NCBI RefSeq assembly: GCF_018977255.1
Contig: NW_024704743.1
Span: forward strand, 50,966,001-51,030,000
DNA length: 64,000 bases
Reading direction: 5' to 3'
Source of the DNA: Callorhinchus milii
Lineage: Eukaryota
Numbering within the stretch: the stretch's first letter is position 1; each line of letters opens with the position of its first letter. A program made the position numbers and the translations under genes. Positions 37,311 to 51,185 of the stretch are shown here, in pieces. Below the pieces are notes generated by a model, which was not told where the DNA came from, ran no database searches, and saw nothing but the letters and a program-made list of their open reading frames with translations.

Positions 37311-38699
37311 GATTGTTACCTGGCTCCTACTGAGCTTCATCTATGTGAAGTTCAGTAACAGATAGTGAGTATTTTGGGAGGAGGCTCAGTGAAATTTAGA
37401 TTTCATGGTTATCTATTTTTGGTGTTTTGATAAAGTGTTCCTTCTGAGACCTGATTGGAGCATCTAAGCTGTTATCCATCTGTGCGCCTAACATGAGAGG
37501 ATCTGAGGAGACAGATAAAGTGCGGTCTTACAGTTGACTGGTAAGAACGATATTGTAACTCATGAGTGAAAAAGTTACAAATTAGTTTGATGATAATTCT
37601 CAACAGCGATCTAGAAATCCAGTATTTTATTGGGTTGCTGGTGCATATATTATTTATGATAAAAAATGTTCAATTTTGTTTGCGGCTCAAGATCTGTTAA
37701 TCAATATCTCTCATTCTTTTCTGTTTCTAACATCTTGAATCACATATATTAATTCCTACAAAAGGTAGAGGAATGATTATCATGTCATTGTTGTACTACA
37801 AGCTCTAAAATATTCATTACAGACAATGGATCCAAAGACAAACATACTCGAAGGGACACTGATGACATATTGTTACTGAAAATACCAATTCAAACTTCAT
37901 TGACAAAACATCACTTGTGATATAATGGAGGATCCTCAACATTAAGCCACAGGCTTCCTGCCATAGGTGAGGAGGAACGAATAACTAATGAACACATCAG
38001 ACATGAATAAGATGCATAGCTGCCCTTCATTGTTTGAGGGGGATGTGCATTCTGTATGTAGCAGATAATTGTCAACTTTCTTAGCATGTGTTGTGGTGGT
38101 TTGCAAGTGAAATTAAATCTCCTTTTGGTGGGATTCGTTTTGTTGCAGTAACGTTGGTTAGAAAAGTATTTAGTAATATCAGTGTGAAGATCTGAAAACC
38201 TTCCTCTTTGACTGTGCCTGTGGTCATTTCCCCTATCTCCCTGGTTCAGCATCAAACTCTGCCACTGTTAATCGCTCTGAGACACTGCCCATATGAAGAA
38301 CGGTGTACAAGTAAATACAAGTAGTTGTTGCTGAAGTGACTAGATATCAGATATCTGATTCCTAGCAAAGTAATTAGTGTGGGTGTGATGCTTGTTGTGA
38401 ATGGAGTTCAATTGTAAGAATATGTATTATGGAGTGAAGGAAAGATGATTGTAGATGTTATCTGCTCATTGGTAAATTTCCCCATGTAAGCCAATCAGAA
38501 ACTACATCTTAGGAAGAAGAACAGACACAAGAGGAAAGAGAGTAGAGAATGTATGGACCGAAGTGGACTCACAAGAAGAATAAAGGCGCAAGTGACTGAG
38601 AGTTGGTAACAATCAGCAAAGGATACGTGTAAAGATTAAAAGAACAAACTGGGCAAAAGTGGAAGCTGTGGGAAGAGGTCAACAAAAGAATGTGTATAA

Positions 38700-39090
38700 T
38701 AATAATGAATAAATCTTGCATTTAATAGAGCATCTTTCACGTCAGGAGGACGACTCAAAGTATTTCACAGGATTTACTGTGAAGTGTAACGACTGTATTT
38801 TTTTTAGGTGACTGCAACAGCCAATGTGTACTCTGCAATGTCCACAAACAGCCACAAAGTGAATAGCCAATTTATTTTGGGGTAAGGTTGTTAAACCAGA
38901 ATACTGGGAGACACTCTGTTCCTTTTTCGTGTAGTGCCAGAGGATCTTTACCATCCACCTGAACAAGCATCCAAAAGACAGCATCTCCAATAAAGCAGTG
39001 CACCCCCAGCATTGCACTGAAGTATCAGCCTACACTACATGAATTCAAAGTCCCAACATAAGGCTTGAAACCTCAAACTTCCTTCAGGGG
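38700..39090 (-). mobile_element. Deu-domain SINE
   Basis: Tail TCTTGCATTTAATAGAGCATCTTTCACGTCAGGAGGACG and core GGATCTTTACCATCCACCTGAACA. Confidence 0.8.
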
Positions 39091-39489
39091 AGAGAGCCAG
39101 ACTTATACATAGGGACGTCAGCAAAATAATCTGAAGAAAGAGGTCAGCAAAGGAAAAAAGGAGGTGGTTTTTACTCTGTCACTCAACATGTTTTTTTATT
39201 GGAAGCATCACACTCACTTTTGGTATACGTTACCTTCTCTTTGTTTATTTGGGGGACTCATTTGTAGTAACTGAAATACCGTGAGGTTAATCATTATAAA
39301 GTAAAAACAATGGTTAAGGAAAAATTGCAATAAAAATCTTAAACATTGTGCTTTATCAATTTCTGTTATATATCGAAATGGTGATTGTTTATTTTTAGGC
39401 ATTTCTGGGTTTTTTTATTTTCAGGAAAGTGAGAGGTTAGAATAATAGCAATACAGAGCCATCGGATTCGGTGCCAAGTGCATTAAAGA

Positions 39490-39700
39490 CTTGTGAAGTG
39501 CAATTTTCATCTGAGGAACCTCAGCTTGAATCCAGCTGAGACAGAAGGAATTTTACGAGTCCCGAATAAAATCAGCTCTGACAGTTCCAATCCTTTCCCC
39601 AGGTTAGCACTGAGATACATTGTCATGTTGGTAGGAGCCATGAATTGCACCTGACCTGAGAGTGCCTGACATTGTTGGTTGCAGAGGAAAGGAACAGATT
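39490..39700 (+). mobile_element. Possible very old LF-SINE-like remnant
   Basis: TTTCATCTGAGGAACCTCAGCTTGAATCCAGCTGAGACAGA loosely resembles the remembered LF-SINE head segment TTTCACCTCTGGGACCTGGGTTCGAATCCAGCCCAGACTGA. The match is weak. Confidence 0.25.
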
Positions 39701-39754
39701 CCAGAATATTATTACGCCTCACTCTGAAGGAGGAGATTCCATGTATACAGCAAT

Positions 39755-39925
39755 AATACTAATGCTTGCATTTGATACTAATGCTTGCGGCTTATCACAT
39801 TGTTGAGACATCTCAAAGCGCTTCACAGAATATACTGTAAAGGGGATTGACTTTATATTTTGTGGGTGAAAAATAGTAACCAATTGCACACAGCAGCATC
39901 CCATAAACAGCGAGTTGAGTGACCA
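39755..39925 (-). mobile_element. SINE 3' half
   Basis: GAGACATCTCAAAGCGCTTCACAGAATATACTGTAAA..CCAATTGCACACAGCAG, as in 19730-19880. Confidence 0.85.
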
Positions 39926-40089
39926 AATTATTATTTTTAATAATGATCAAAATTAAATTATTAAACTATTGACCAAATTATTATTCAGACATGTATAGGG
40001 CATATTATTTAATGATGGGTGGGGGAAGGAACTTACATTCTCTCATTTTTTCTGAGCTGGACTAACCATACTGTGAGCATTGAAATGTA

Positions 40090-40445
40090 TCGTCTCCTGC
40101 ACCAAGCTGTGTGAGACGATCAACCCCATCCTCACCTGGCTCCACCAGTTCCCCATTTCCTAGAAGATCAAGTTCAAGATCCTCATCCTCAATTTTAAAG
40201 CTCTTCATGGTCTTATCCCACCCTACTTCTGTGACCTGCTAAAACCTTACCAACCAACTGGTTCCCTCTGCTCGGTGGGCACTGGCCTGCTTCATGTCCC
40301 CTGCTCTGCCTGCCCCACCATTGGAAGTCAGGCCGTCAACCTGTTTGCTCCCATATTCTGGAATTCCATCCCAGAGGCCCTTCAACTTGCTCCTTCAAGG
40401 TCTATCTCAAGACCTTCCTCTTTGACTGTGTTTTTCGTCACTTCC
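40090..40445 (+). mobile_element. L2 3' fragment
   Basis: KIKFKILIL.FKALHGL.PPY.CDLL.PYQP..LWNSIP. Confidence 0.85.
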
Positions 40446-40454
40446 TGATCACCT

Positions 40455-40686
40455 ATGGCACCATTCGAAAAGAGAAGGGAATTTGTCTCTCCTGGTGTCC
40501 TGGCCAATAATCCCCCAAATAAAATTGATCATTCACTCCATGGCTGTTTGTGGAACATTTACTGTATGCAAACTGACCTGTTTGCCCACAAAATGTACAG
40601 TACACTTTACAGTATATCCTGTAAAGCTCTTTGATATGTCTCGATGACGTGATAAGATGCTATATTACATGCAAGGATTATTATTA
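40455..40686 (+). mobile_element. Deu SINE 3' half
   Basis: ATGGCACCATTCGAAAAGAGAAGGG..CCTGGTGTCCTGGCCAATA through the tail TGCAAGGATTATTATTA. Confidence 0.85.
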
Positions 40687-41494
40687 CCAATATCTATATG
40701 AATGAGCTACTTGAGGAATATCGCAGCCCATCCTTTCAGAGCATCTCATCCTCCACCAGAAATGGCAAATGAAATGAAAGTCTTGCTTTTCATTCCTAAT
40801 GCATACTGGTAAACACCTTAAAGCCATACTTCCCTACAAAATCAAGTTGCTCCAGCTGAAATCCCAACAGATGTCAAAGCTGGTAATACACTGAAATCAC
40901 TCGGGAAGTTCTGTGCTCTCACACTTAGCCCTGTGGCAGGTATTTATTTAGACAGAATAAGACTGTGACTTTTCAATTCCAAGTACAATTTGTTTCCATA
41001 ATACATCTGCGAGTGCAATGTGTGATGGAATTTTTCCTATTTGAGGTTATCAAGTTCTATGTGATGATATGTTATAATAGGTTATCACAGGCCATATCCT
41101 TGCAATAAACAACACAACACATGTACATCTGTGGCCAAGTGTCAATCTTTTAAATGTACATCAAAAATGCATTAAATCGCTCGATTGGTATTCCGTTTGA
41201 ACTGCTATTTCTCCTGTTGCAGGATTCTGGATAAAAGCTTGTCAGCCACAAATTTCCTTTGTAATGCACTCTGTTGATTACTTTGAATTATTGTTTGCCT
41301 GATATATGTTTGCCATTCTCACCATGGCAGCGGTGGAGTCAGTGGGTCGACTTGTACCAAGCAAAATGTAATCTTGCAACTAGCCGCTCAATCTTTCAAT
41401 GGCAGGAGCACAGAAATCATTCAATGCAGAGCAGCAAGGCATCAGAGGGTGCAGCTTAGTTCATGAAAATTGTAGCAAGAGAAAACTGTGCTAT

Positions 41495-41740
41495 CTTTTG
41501 GCTGATGTGTTAAACCAGGGCCTGACTGCCTGTGTTCGAGTGGATGTTGAAGACTCCATTATATTATTGGAGAAGGGAAGCATCTTCTTCTCAGTGCTCT
41601 GGCCAACAATTCGTCAGATCAATCAGTTATCCATCTCATAGCTGTTTCTGGCATCTCGCTCCCCATGAATTTGCTGCTGAGTTTGCTTAGAAAGCAGTCA
41701 CTGCACTTGTTATATTGAGACATTTTTAAGTGATAAAACC
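41495..41740 (+). mobile_element. Deu SINE core fragment
   Basis: GATGTGTTAAACCAGGGCCTGACTGCCTGTGTTCGAGTGGATGTTGAAGACTCCAT. Confidence 0.75.
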
Positions 41741-42129
41741 TTCTAAAAATAATATTTATTTTCTTTCTTCCCAAAACAAACAGGCCAGAAAACATGTTCA
41801 GCCCTCAGTCAAATCAATGGAGCATAATTAGTCACATTTACTCAGGACATCATTTAGAACACAGCTATATCATACAAATGTCTTTAAGACTATAATTAGA
41901 GGATTTGTAGAAACATTTGTCTTGACATTGCCATTCAGTCTATGAGCTGTAATGAAATGCATTCGCAAAATCTTTAATTTGCAAAAAGTACAGAGCAAAC
42001 AATTACAATGTGGTGGGTATGTAGAAATATACTTTGTAAATGAACTGTTCTAAATGTATGAATTACCACCCGATGCCTTCACAAAACCAGCATTCCATGA
42101 TTTGAAAGTATCTGCTTAGATGTGATCAA

Positions 42130-42345
42130 TTACAGAAAGGAGTTTTTCGTGGTGTCTTGACAACAATCCTCCAGATAAATATTGAGTTTTAACTTCATGG
42201 CCGTTTGCGGGACATTGCTGTGTGCAATGTGGATGCTTACAAATATACAATTACTACACTTCCTAGCAAAATTCTTTGAAGTGCATTGAGACATCTCGAC
42301 GATGTGATAAGGCACTATATCAAATGGTATAGATTAGTAGTAGTA
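42130..42345 (+). mobile_element. Deu SINE 3' half
   Basis: GGAGTTTTTCGTGGTGTCTTGACAACAATC through GATGTGATAAGGCACTATATCAAATG. Confidence 0.8.
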
Positions 42346-43324
42346 TTTGAAGTAACCGTTCTATGAATGTGTTAAAAACAACAGATGCAGGAGTTGCCAA
42401 GAACATGCCAAAAGCATTAGAAGTTACAAGCTGTCACTGGCGCATTTCACAAATACTTTTACAGTCTGCATCCCATTTTATTAAATGTTTTATGGGGATA
42501 TAACGTCAAATCAAAATAAATTACTATAATTTTTGATGATTATGCATTTTACAACAGGACTTCAAAGAGCACAGGGAACCTGGTCTCCACTAAACCCATT
42601 ATTAAACTTCAAAGAAATAAAAATGCAAATATTGCTTTTATTTTTCTTTAAACGCAATTCGATTCCTGATTTACTCACAGAATTCAATTAGCTGTCTTGA
42701 GTCTTCAAACCAAATATTTTCCCCATTTGCTATTGAAGGACCATGTGTTAGTGCCGAGTGTGTGTGACTATTCACATGCATGTTTGGCTGCAAAAGTGGT
42801 GGCTCACAAAGACTATTATGAATTAAAGAAATATTGTTGTTAAGGCTTTTTTGGGCTTCAATAATTTATGCTGTTCCTTTACTCAGAATGATTTGTTGAA
42901 TTGTACAAACATTAACTATTAACAGGTTTGAATTGAACTCCCTCTCCCAAACAATAGTTTGACTCAAGGCCTCCATTCAAAAAAAATTGCCATGGTCTTG
43001 GGTGCCCGCTGAGCGATAAAGAGCCCCAGCAATTTTTTCAACCCAGAAGGTAGTTGCGATGGTCTTTTACTTTTAATAGCACTTAAATCCACTCTTTATA
43101 ATTAGATCCAACATATAGAGGGCTGAAATCTTCATGCCTGAACATGAAGCAGAAGCCGTGAGGGGTGGGGAGTAAAGAGTTAGAACACTGGAGCCCATTA
43201 CCGTCTATATCTAAACTAGTCAAATAATTAACCTGTTTTCTTGGATTGCAATTTTCAGCCAATGTGATAATTATCACATTACACATGCCATTTTACAACC
43301 CATTATTTCTCAAATGAAAACTAA

Positions 43325-44228
43325 TACATCAAGTCCTGGTTGAGAGCTAACTTCCTGCAGTTGAATGTCAACAAGCCCGAGGCCCTCCTGCTTGGCTCCC
43401 GTCAGCGCCTCCATACCTCTGGCACTGACAGCGTTTCCCTCCATGGATGCACTCTACATCGCACTGAGTCAAAATGGAAACTGAGCGTCCTGTTCGACCC
43501 TCAAATGTCCTTCATATCCCACATCTGTGCCATGATCCGCTCCACCTTTCTGCAACATTGCTCGGCTCCGCCATTGTCTCACATTACAGGTAGCCAAGAC
43601 CCTCATCCACCATTCATTACATCCAGGCTCGACTACGCAAACTCCCTACTTGTCAGGCACCCCAACTCCTCCCTCCACAGGCTGCAGGTCATCCAGAACT
43701 CTGCAGCCAGTGTACTCTCCCGCACCAGGCTCCGCGACCTATCATCTCCATCCACACCCGACTCCACTGGCTTCCCATCACACAGAGGATACAGTTCAAG
43801 ATCCTGGTCCTCATCTTCATCTGGTGGTGATGGTCCTCATTTTCAAAGCCCTCCCTGGTCTTGCTTCCCCCCACCTCTGCGACATCCTAAACCCCTACCA
43901 ACCTGCCCACTCCCTCCGCTCAGCTGGTTCCAGCCTGCTTCACGTCTCCTGCCTCACCCGCCCCACCATTAGAGGGCGGGTTTTCAGCCACTCTGCCCCA
44001 ACCTCTGGAACTCCATCTCGCAGACTCTCTGCATCGCCACATCTCTTGCCTCTTTCAAGACCTGTCTCAAGCACCGCCTCTTCGACCATGGCTTCAATCA
44101 CCCTCCTTCCCCCCTGCCCTCCACCTTCCCTAATCCCGACCCCCAGCTCGAGTCTGAAACATTGATTGTCCAGAGCCTTAGAATGTCCTTCCGACGTGAA
44201 AGCCACTTTACAAATGTAATTTTCTTCT
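43325..44228 (+). mobile_element. L2 LINE 3' ~900 bp including the terminus
   Basis: IKSWLRANFLQLNVNKPEALLLG, FITSRLDYANSLL and LHRLQVIQNSAA, then a 3' UTR ending GTCCTTCCGACGTGAAAGCCACTTTACAAATGTAA. Frameshifted. Confidence 0.95.
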
Positions 44229-47200
44229 TGTAATAATGTTGACTGGTGATCTACTTCATTGTGTCTTTAGTTGTAGTTAATTTTAAAAGAATGCTTTTGG
44301 GGTGATTATCATAAGATAGATCTCCTAGACCTCTTAAATCTCACTGTACTGTATGGTGGCGGGAGAGTGCTTCCTGCTTATATGTAATTTCCCCACATGG
44401 TGATTTCATATTCAGAGTTGAGGTCTTAGAGAGAGGCACTGAGCAGAGGCTGTTCTCGTAACCACAGGGCACAAGTTGGCAAAGACCTGATTGCAAAATA
44501 GAGTCCAACTGTACAGTCTCCTGAGTCCTTACTGCACAGTCGACATGCATTACACTGATGGCTGCAGAATGGTACTTGAGGGAGAGCTCAAAGAAATAAA
44601 TACCAATTTTAAAAAGGGGAGAAAATAACTATTTAATAATAGCTCTGCTATTTCTGTGTCCCTGGATTCCAGCTCCACGGTATAATTTTTCAGTGGGTCA
44701 ATAGTTTTGTTGAGAATACATTTGAAAAAGCCTCACATTGTTGCAAGGCATGCCCTCGATAATCTTACAGTCAATGTCTCTCTTGGTTTAACTGATTTTT
44801 CTCTTTTACCTGCTCTTGCTTGCCTTTCTAATTACTTATAATTTTATATTACTTATAATTTTAATTAAAAAGCATAGTTTTGCAATTTCCGTTGCTAGCG
44901 ACTTGCATTTTTAATGCCAATTTGATTAGATATAATTTAGCAAATCCTTTCTCAGTTAATCAAGCATTTTTGAAAATCTTTTCTGGTAAATCTATAGATA
45001 TTAAAGCATTAAATCTCAGTACATCATCATTAGTTGTGTAATATTGATTAATTAAAATCAAATCCCTTCGCCTCTCAAATCTGTATCTCTTTAAGTCTGT
45101 CCATGTCCTTTAACATGTAAATCTTCATTTATTAAATATTTATTTAGTTTAATTCTTCAGATTCATTAAATGATTAAAGCAATTCATTATGCCAGAATTA
45201 CCAACGTTCACAAAGTTTTACCTAATCTCGGTGTCTTTAATTTCACTTTGTTTTAGCTTTTAGATGGTTTTATATTAAAATGTAAGCCCATGCACAATTG
45301 TGATAAACTCTGAAATTCAGTCTCCAACTGAAAGCTGTTTTCCATAGTTCTTAAAAAGAACCAGGTTCTAAAATATGACTAATTTCAAGATTTTTTTCAC
45401 AATTTTGCACAGTCTTGCATTCTAAAACAAAATAATCTTCAGGTTAAGACACAGTAAAATTGCAGGTCTCAGAGTGTCAATGTTCAGATTCACTAACTAC
45501 TGCTACGCCAGTTACTGTGAATCTGATTCATCACATCTGCTGATTCCTTTTAACTCAAATGGTAGGATTTGATACAGTATGATTTTTGACGCTATGAATG
45601 ATTGAATCTGGATGTATTGTAGATAGTCAGGTGGCAAATTGACTCAACTCTTGACTTTACAGCCCCATGCTAATTATCATCATGATTTCATCCTGATCAT
45701 ATTTGCACAGCTAATTGAAGAACAAAAGCACAGGCTGCAGGGAGTCTGGAACTCCTCAGTTCAGGTTGTAACGTGAGACTTTTTCTCTGCTGCAAATTTC
45801 TACGTGCGTCTCTTGAGGTCATTGAGTTAATAATAAAATCGAAGTTCCATCTTCAGTTGTCTGTCCTCCAACTCTGCTTATAACACTGAGCTGCAGTGAA
45901 AGGAGTAGAACTGTTAAATAAACAGCGACAGTTACTGTAAAGTAGAAATCTTTCCTTGTAAAGTGTGAAAAATTGCCCACATTATGAACGCCAAATATGT
46001 GTCGGCTAATGATCTGGACACGTGATGATGCAAATTAAACAGCTCGATGCTGCAAAGGGAGGACACACAGGGTGAATATTCTGGAAGGATCAAATCAAAT
46101 GGGCCAAAAGGGCTTCTTCATCCAAACCTCCCTTGTCATCTTGGATATTGTTATGCGCAAATTGGCTGCTGCGATTGCCTACAAAGTACAGAGTCACTAC
46201 CCTCTAAAATAAATCTTGTAAAGTGCTTTGAGATGTCCTCCTGACATTAAAGGCACTATATCAAAGCCAAGGATTATTATTATTTTGTATGGCAGATTTG
46301 TGGCTAAATTTCTCTCCCACCTCCACTTACTGTCAGCTACATCCCACTGTGATGCCTCAGTTCCACCACTCACCACCTCCACTTCAAACTGCTTCCTGTC
46401 AATTTTGAACAGCATTTCAGTTTAAATCTTTTTTACAAGTTATCTGTACAAGTGCTCCGAACACACAGCAACCAACATCCGCTCCGTTGCAGCATCTGAC
46501 AGCATTATATAAGTAATGAATTCCTACATTGTGATTTCAAATTTTAACAGTTAGAGTGAAAAGCAAACAAGAGGTTTGGTTAAAAAACATCCTCCACCTC
46601 ATCTGATCTCATTCGATCTCATCCTTCCAGAATCTCATCTGACTCTTCTCCCACCATAGCAACAAGTTATCAATACAATGAAGAGCGGGTTATCTGCACT
46701 AATTGGAGCAGGCCCTATTGTGGATAATAAGCAAGTAATGTGGATAATGGGTCGACCCATAAAATACAAATCCAATACAGTGTTAACTAAAATTTCTCTC
46801 ATCAGGAGTCATACTGATACTTTAGTCCCACATTGTGCTAGCCTGTCTCTGACTGTTATATTCTCTCTCTTTCTCTGTGACTTTCTGTGCCTCTCACTCT
46901 CTCTCTCTGATTCTCTCCTTGTCTCTTAACTCTGTACCATACCTGTAGTAGATTGCTAAAAGCACAATCATGCTGTGCATGTTAATCGAGTTCCTAGTAA
47001 ACTCCCATGGATGCATGCAACTGCATTTTATTAACCGCTATTGCAGCACCATGTTGGGATAATTGAACTCATGATAAGCGTTGATCATCTATAAATGATT
47101 AAGTAAGAAAGCAAATGTAATTAGTCGCTGATTTAGAAGAGAAGAATGTAGCACAGGAATTTGTAGATGTTTTACAGCAGTTTTACATTGGAGTCTCATT

Positions 47201-48528
47201 TATGGTACATGATTTCCAACCAAGATTCGTGAATAATGAACACAATTTGTAGAAAACGGAGATTCATTCTGGCACTGGAAGAAATGACTGTTGTCCTGAA
47301 TAGTGAGATGCCCGGTTTACTGAAGTAGACAGCCTATCTTTTAACATTGACAATGAAAGAGACTGAAAATGTGCCTGCAATTGTGAGATGGCTGGATTAC
47401 TCAGGTGACCGCAAACCTGGCTTCCACTGTACCTCACTAACCTGCAGGAATTCTGCTCCAACACAATCTATTGAACTTCTGGACCAGAGTTACCAAAAGG
47501 AAAATTGAAAGGAAAATCTATTGGAATTCCTTCTTCAGAAATCTGTTAATAACAAACTAGCAATGACTTTCACACTCCATACCTATGTGTACAAGTCACT
47601 CGTCTCAATCCTCATCATCTTTTACATCCTGCTTCAGAGGTCTTTGAGTTGTTTGAGGATGACTGATCATCCAGTAGCGATACTGACAGCCACCTATGGA
47701 TGAGCCCCAGATGTCAGGATTCTTGGGAGGGGGTGAACTGAAGCAGCAGAATGTCCTGTAAAGCAAAGTGTGTGCTGTGTTAAATGGTCCCAATGCTGCG
47801 ACTGAAGGTTGGGAAGGTGAAAGATTTGCAAATAGCTGCAAATGATCCAAGAGGATACAAGAGATAGTAAAAATTCTGTATTTGGGTTCCTAGAAAATAG
47901 AAAACTGGAGCACAGCTAAAATGGAAGCACTTCATTTTAAAATTCTAATTATTTTTACAGAGCATTGTTTAATATAGGGCCTATAGTTAATATAAATCGC
48001 CCATTTCTAACAAACTTTTTCCTTTTGCCCCTCGAATGGCCGGTTGTAGTCATTTCAGAGGCTCAAGCCTCAAAGATAACAAATCTCTTTTAGAGTGAGA
48101 ACAATGAGGTGTGTGTCAATTACTTATTTCATCTCTTCCACACACTAATCTTGCCAACGTTATGCAGTTGTTCATGTTTTGAAAAGAAGCAGAAAGAGTT
48201 AATTAACCTCCTCTATCACCTGAGTGCACCAGCAGTGACCTTGCACGCACCACAAGTCATGTCACATGAAGTGTTTTCATGTCACTCTGGGTTGGGGATG
48301 GTTCATGAACCTTTGAAAGGTTCATTGAACTGTCATAAAACCAAATAAATTAAACAATTGCTCCATACTTTAACCCCAGGGGAATCTCCTAATTTTTGCT
48401 ATTTGCGCAGCAAAAGCTTCACCATTTATGTTTTATGAGTTACATTCATCGTGATGTTTTCACAGTCACATTGCGCAGTTTTTACTTCAATTTAATATAT
48501 TAGAGTTAGAAACCTGCCAGGCACAAAT

Positions 48529-48750
48529 GGGCAGAAATTCTACCTGGGTCTAGATTTACTCTTAGAGTACCATTTCAGATTGTGCAGAATCTGGCAAATT
48601 GTCGAATTAACTTTGAAGCCTGTTTCTGCAGTTCTTAAAAGAATTTATAGAAAAACGGCTTCAAAATTAAAGATTTAAAATGCGACAAATTCTGAATACT
48701 CTTAAATACTATTAATACTGTAAGTCTACACCAAGATGGAATTGAGACCC
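48529..48750. mobile_element. Palindromic MITE-like element, copy 3
   Basis: GGGCAGAAATTCTACCTGGGTCTAGATTTAC..GTAAGTCTACACCAAGATGGAATTGAGACCC, with inner arms TTTGAAGCC and GGCTTCAAA. Confidence 0.75.
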
Positions 48751-50394
48751 AAAGTAGTTAATAATGCTAATAATACATCCTCAAAAACACAACAGATAAT
48801 GTTACTTATGGTATTACACTTTGAAAAGTTTATAGACTTTTGCCAATGACTTTTATCTCATCTTTAAGCACAACGGGGGGCTAACATGTGATCACCACCA
48901 AATATCAGTCAATGTATCCTAGGAGAGAGTAACCCCAGTCCACTGGACATTGCACTGTTCAGTTATAGAAATATGGCTTGATCAGTTAAAATGTGATCCA
49001 GCCCGGGAAGGGGTTGGTGGGTGGGGGGTGGGGTGGAATCTAGGCTAACATTTCAAAGTTACAGGTGACAAGAATTCAACTACTACCTAATGCTAAAAAC
49101 ATTGGTCCATTTCTGCTCTGTGAAATGGACCATGTGATATTTCCCATTCATTCACTATTATTGAAGAGAAAGTAAGCAGAGAATGAGCTCTAAAATGTTG
49201 TGAGATTTTGATATTGTTGTCCTTGCACTATTGGGATGCTACAGCTCTTAGAAACATCTTTTGAACCCTAGTCATGTATTGTCAGTTTGGATCAGTTAGA
49301 AGCACTTGCACTTTTGGATCAGAAAGCTTTTGAACATCAAAATGGGACTTGGTGTCAATTGCACAACATAGCTCTGGCAGATTAAGGTGGCAGGTATTCC
49401 ACATTTCCAGTCTGTCAAATGGGCTACTACAATCACAGGGAAGCAGATTCATAAGGAGCAAACTAGGGTGCCCATTTTCAGGCAGGAAATAGATTTCTTA
49501 GACTCTATACAAAGCTCACCAAACAAACCAGTTCCATGTGCCCGAGTTAACATGCTGAAGACTTGGTATTGATTCTGAGACACAAAAACCTGACTTGTGG
49601 TACCAGTGTCACTTTCCTTATCTCTGCTGGGTCAACTTGCGACTCTAAAAATAAAATATATTCATGCCAGAATACGTAAATATCTTTGTTGCATTGCCTA
49701 TTTTGAGAAATACAGAGTTTATTCCATGACACAATGAAATTGTTAACCTTGACTCATCTCTCTGTTTGAGGACCGCTCCGGTGTTCTGTTAGACTAATGA
49801 TCTTTATGTCATTATACAGTGGTAACAATATTGGATGTTGCAGAAAGTAAGAGGGGATCTCTCTTTATCTAATTTATGTCTGAGCTTAAGTCATCTTTAA
49901 ACAAGTAAGAAAGGATGAGCAGAACCTGTATTAAATTTGCAGTTATTAGAATGTCAGGGAGTATACACAGTGGTCCCATATCCTTGTCTGGGGTTATAAA
50001 TCATCAGAGTACATTCCCGATCATCTGGGAGCAACCTTTGCCAATCTCACAGACATGCAGAGACCTGCTTGCAATGTATACTCTCAACAGTAGTGTTCCC
50101 TTGTCACCATAATACTCATTAGCAAATGCTCAGAACAGATTGAGATCATTTCAAATGGATAAATGCTTGAGTACATCATTTTTCCATCAGAAAGAATTAT
50201 GTAACAATTAAATGTTTTGAAAGTGCTTTTTGTAAAATGTCAGTGATTCATTGAAGCCGTATTGGTGGAGTGGTATGTTCAGAGAACGATCTCTCTGCTG
50301 CCTCCCTTATGCATGAACTGCTCTCAGTTCTGGAGCAAACAAAACACAAGAAAGGAGATGGTAAATTACCCTCATGTACCATTATAAAAATAGA

Positions 50395-51185
50395 ACATAC
50401 TCGTTGCCTCCTAGTTTTCCTCAACTTCTCTTGCACCTTCGACACTGTTGACCATTCCATGCTTCTCCACTATCTCTCCTCCATGCTCAACCTCCATGGC
50501 CCTGCCCTACCCTGATTTCACTCTTATCTATCCAACATTTTCATTTTGTCTCTTCCAAAGAATTCTACTCCCATCTCCGCCCAGACATATACATCATTTC
50601 CTCAGCGTTTTTTCCTTAATACTTTACCTTTCACCACCTATATACGCCACTTCCGGATATACACAGATGACACCAAACCCTATATCTCTGCCTCTGTCTT
50701 GAATTCTAGCACCAATGCTGTCCTGATCAATTGTCTATCAAACATCAAGTGCTGGATGACTTCTAACTTGATGTCAACAAGAATGAGGATCTCTTGCTTG
50801 CCCCAGTCAGCACCTTCTCATCTCAGGCACTGACTGCACCGACCTGACTGATCTCATGGAAGCAGTGCAGAACCTCCGAGTCTTATTCAACCCCCAAACT
50901 ATCCTTCAAACCCTACATCCAGAAGCTCACTGCTCAGCTTTCCCTCCTACATCCCCTCCCAGGTTGCCGAGACCCTCATCCACGCTTTAATCATATAGGG
51001 TATTGATTATTCCAGTGCTCTGCTAGATGAACTCTCCAGCTCTTGCCTACACAAGCTGCAGACTATCCAGAACTATGCAGCCATTTCCTCTACCACACAA
51101 GGATTGGACTCCATTAGTCCATTACCCCATCCTTGCTTGGCTCCAGTGGCTTCCTATCCCCCAGGAGATCAAATGCAAGATAACT
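50395..51185 (+). mobile_element. Old L2 ORF2 fragment (RT to C-terminus)
   Basis: LVFLNFSCTFDTVDHSMLL, YTDDTKPY, CLSNIKCWM, KLQTIQNYAA and LAWLQWLPIPQEIKCKI. Confidence 0.9.

Noticed and set aside
43340..44165. 210-aa and 171-aa ORFs as host genes
   Set aside because: These are frameshifted L2 ORF2 sequence.
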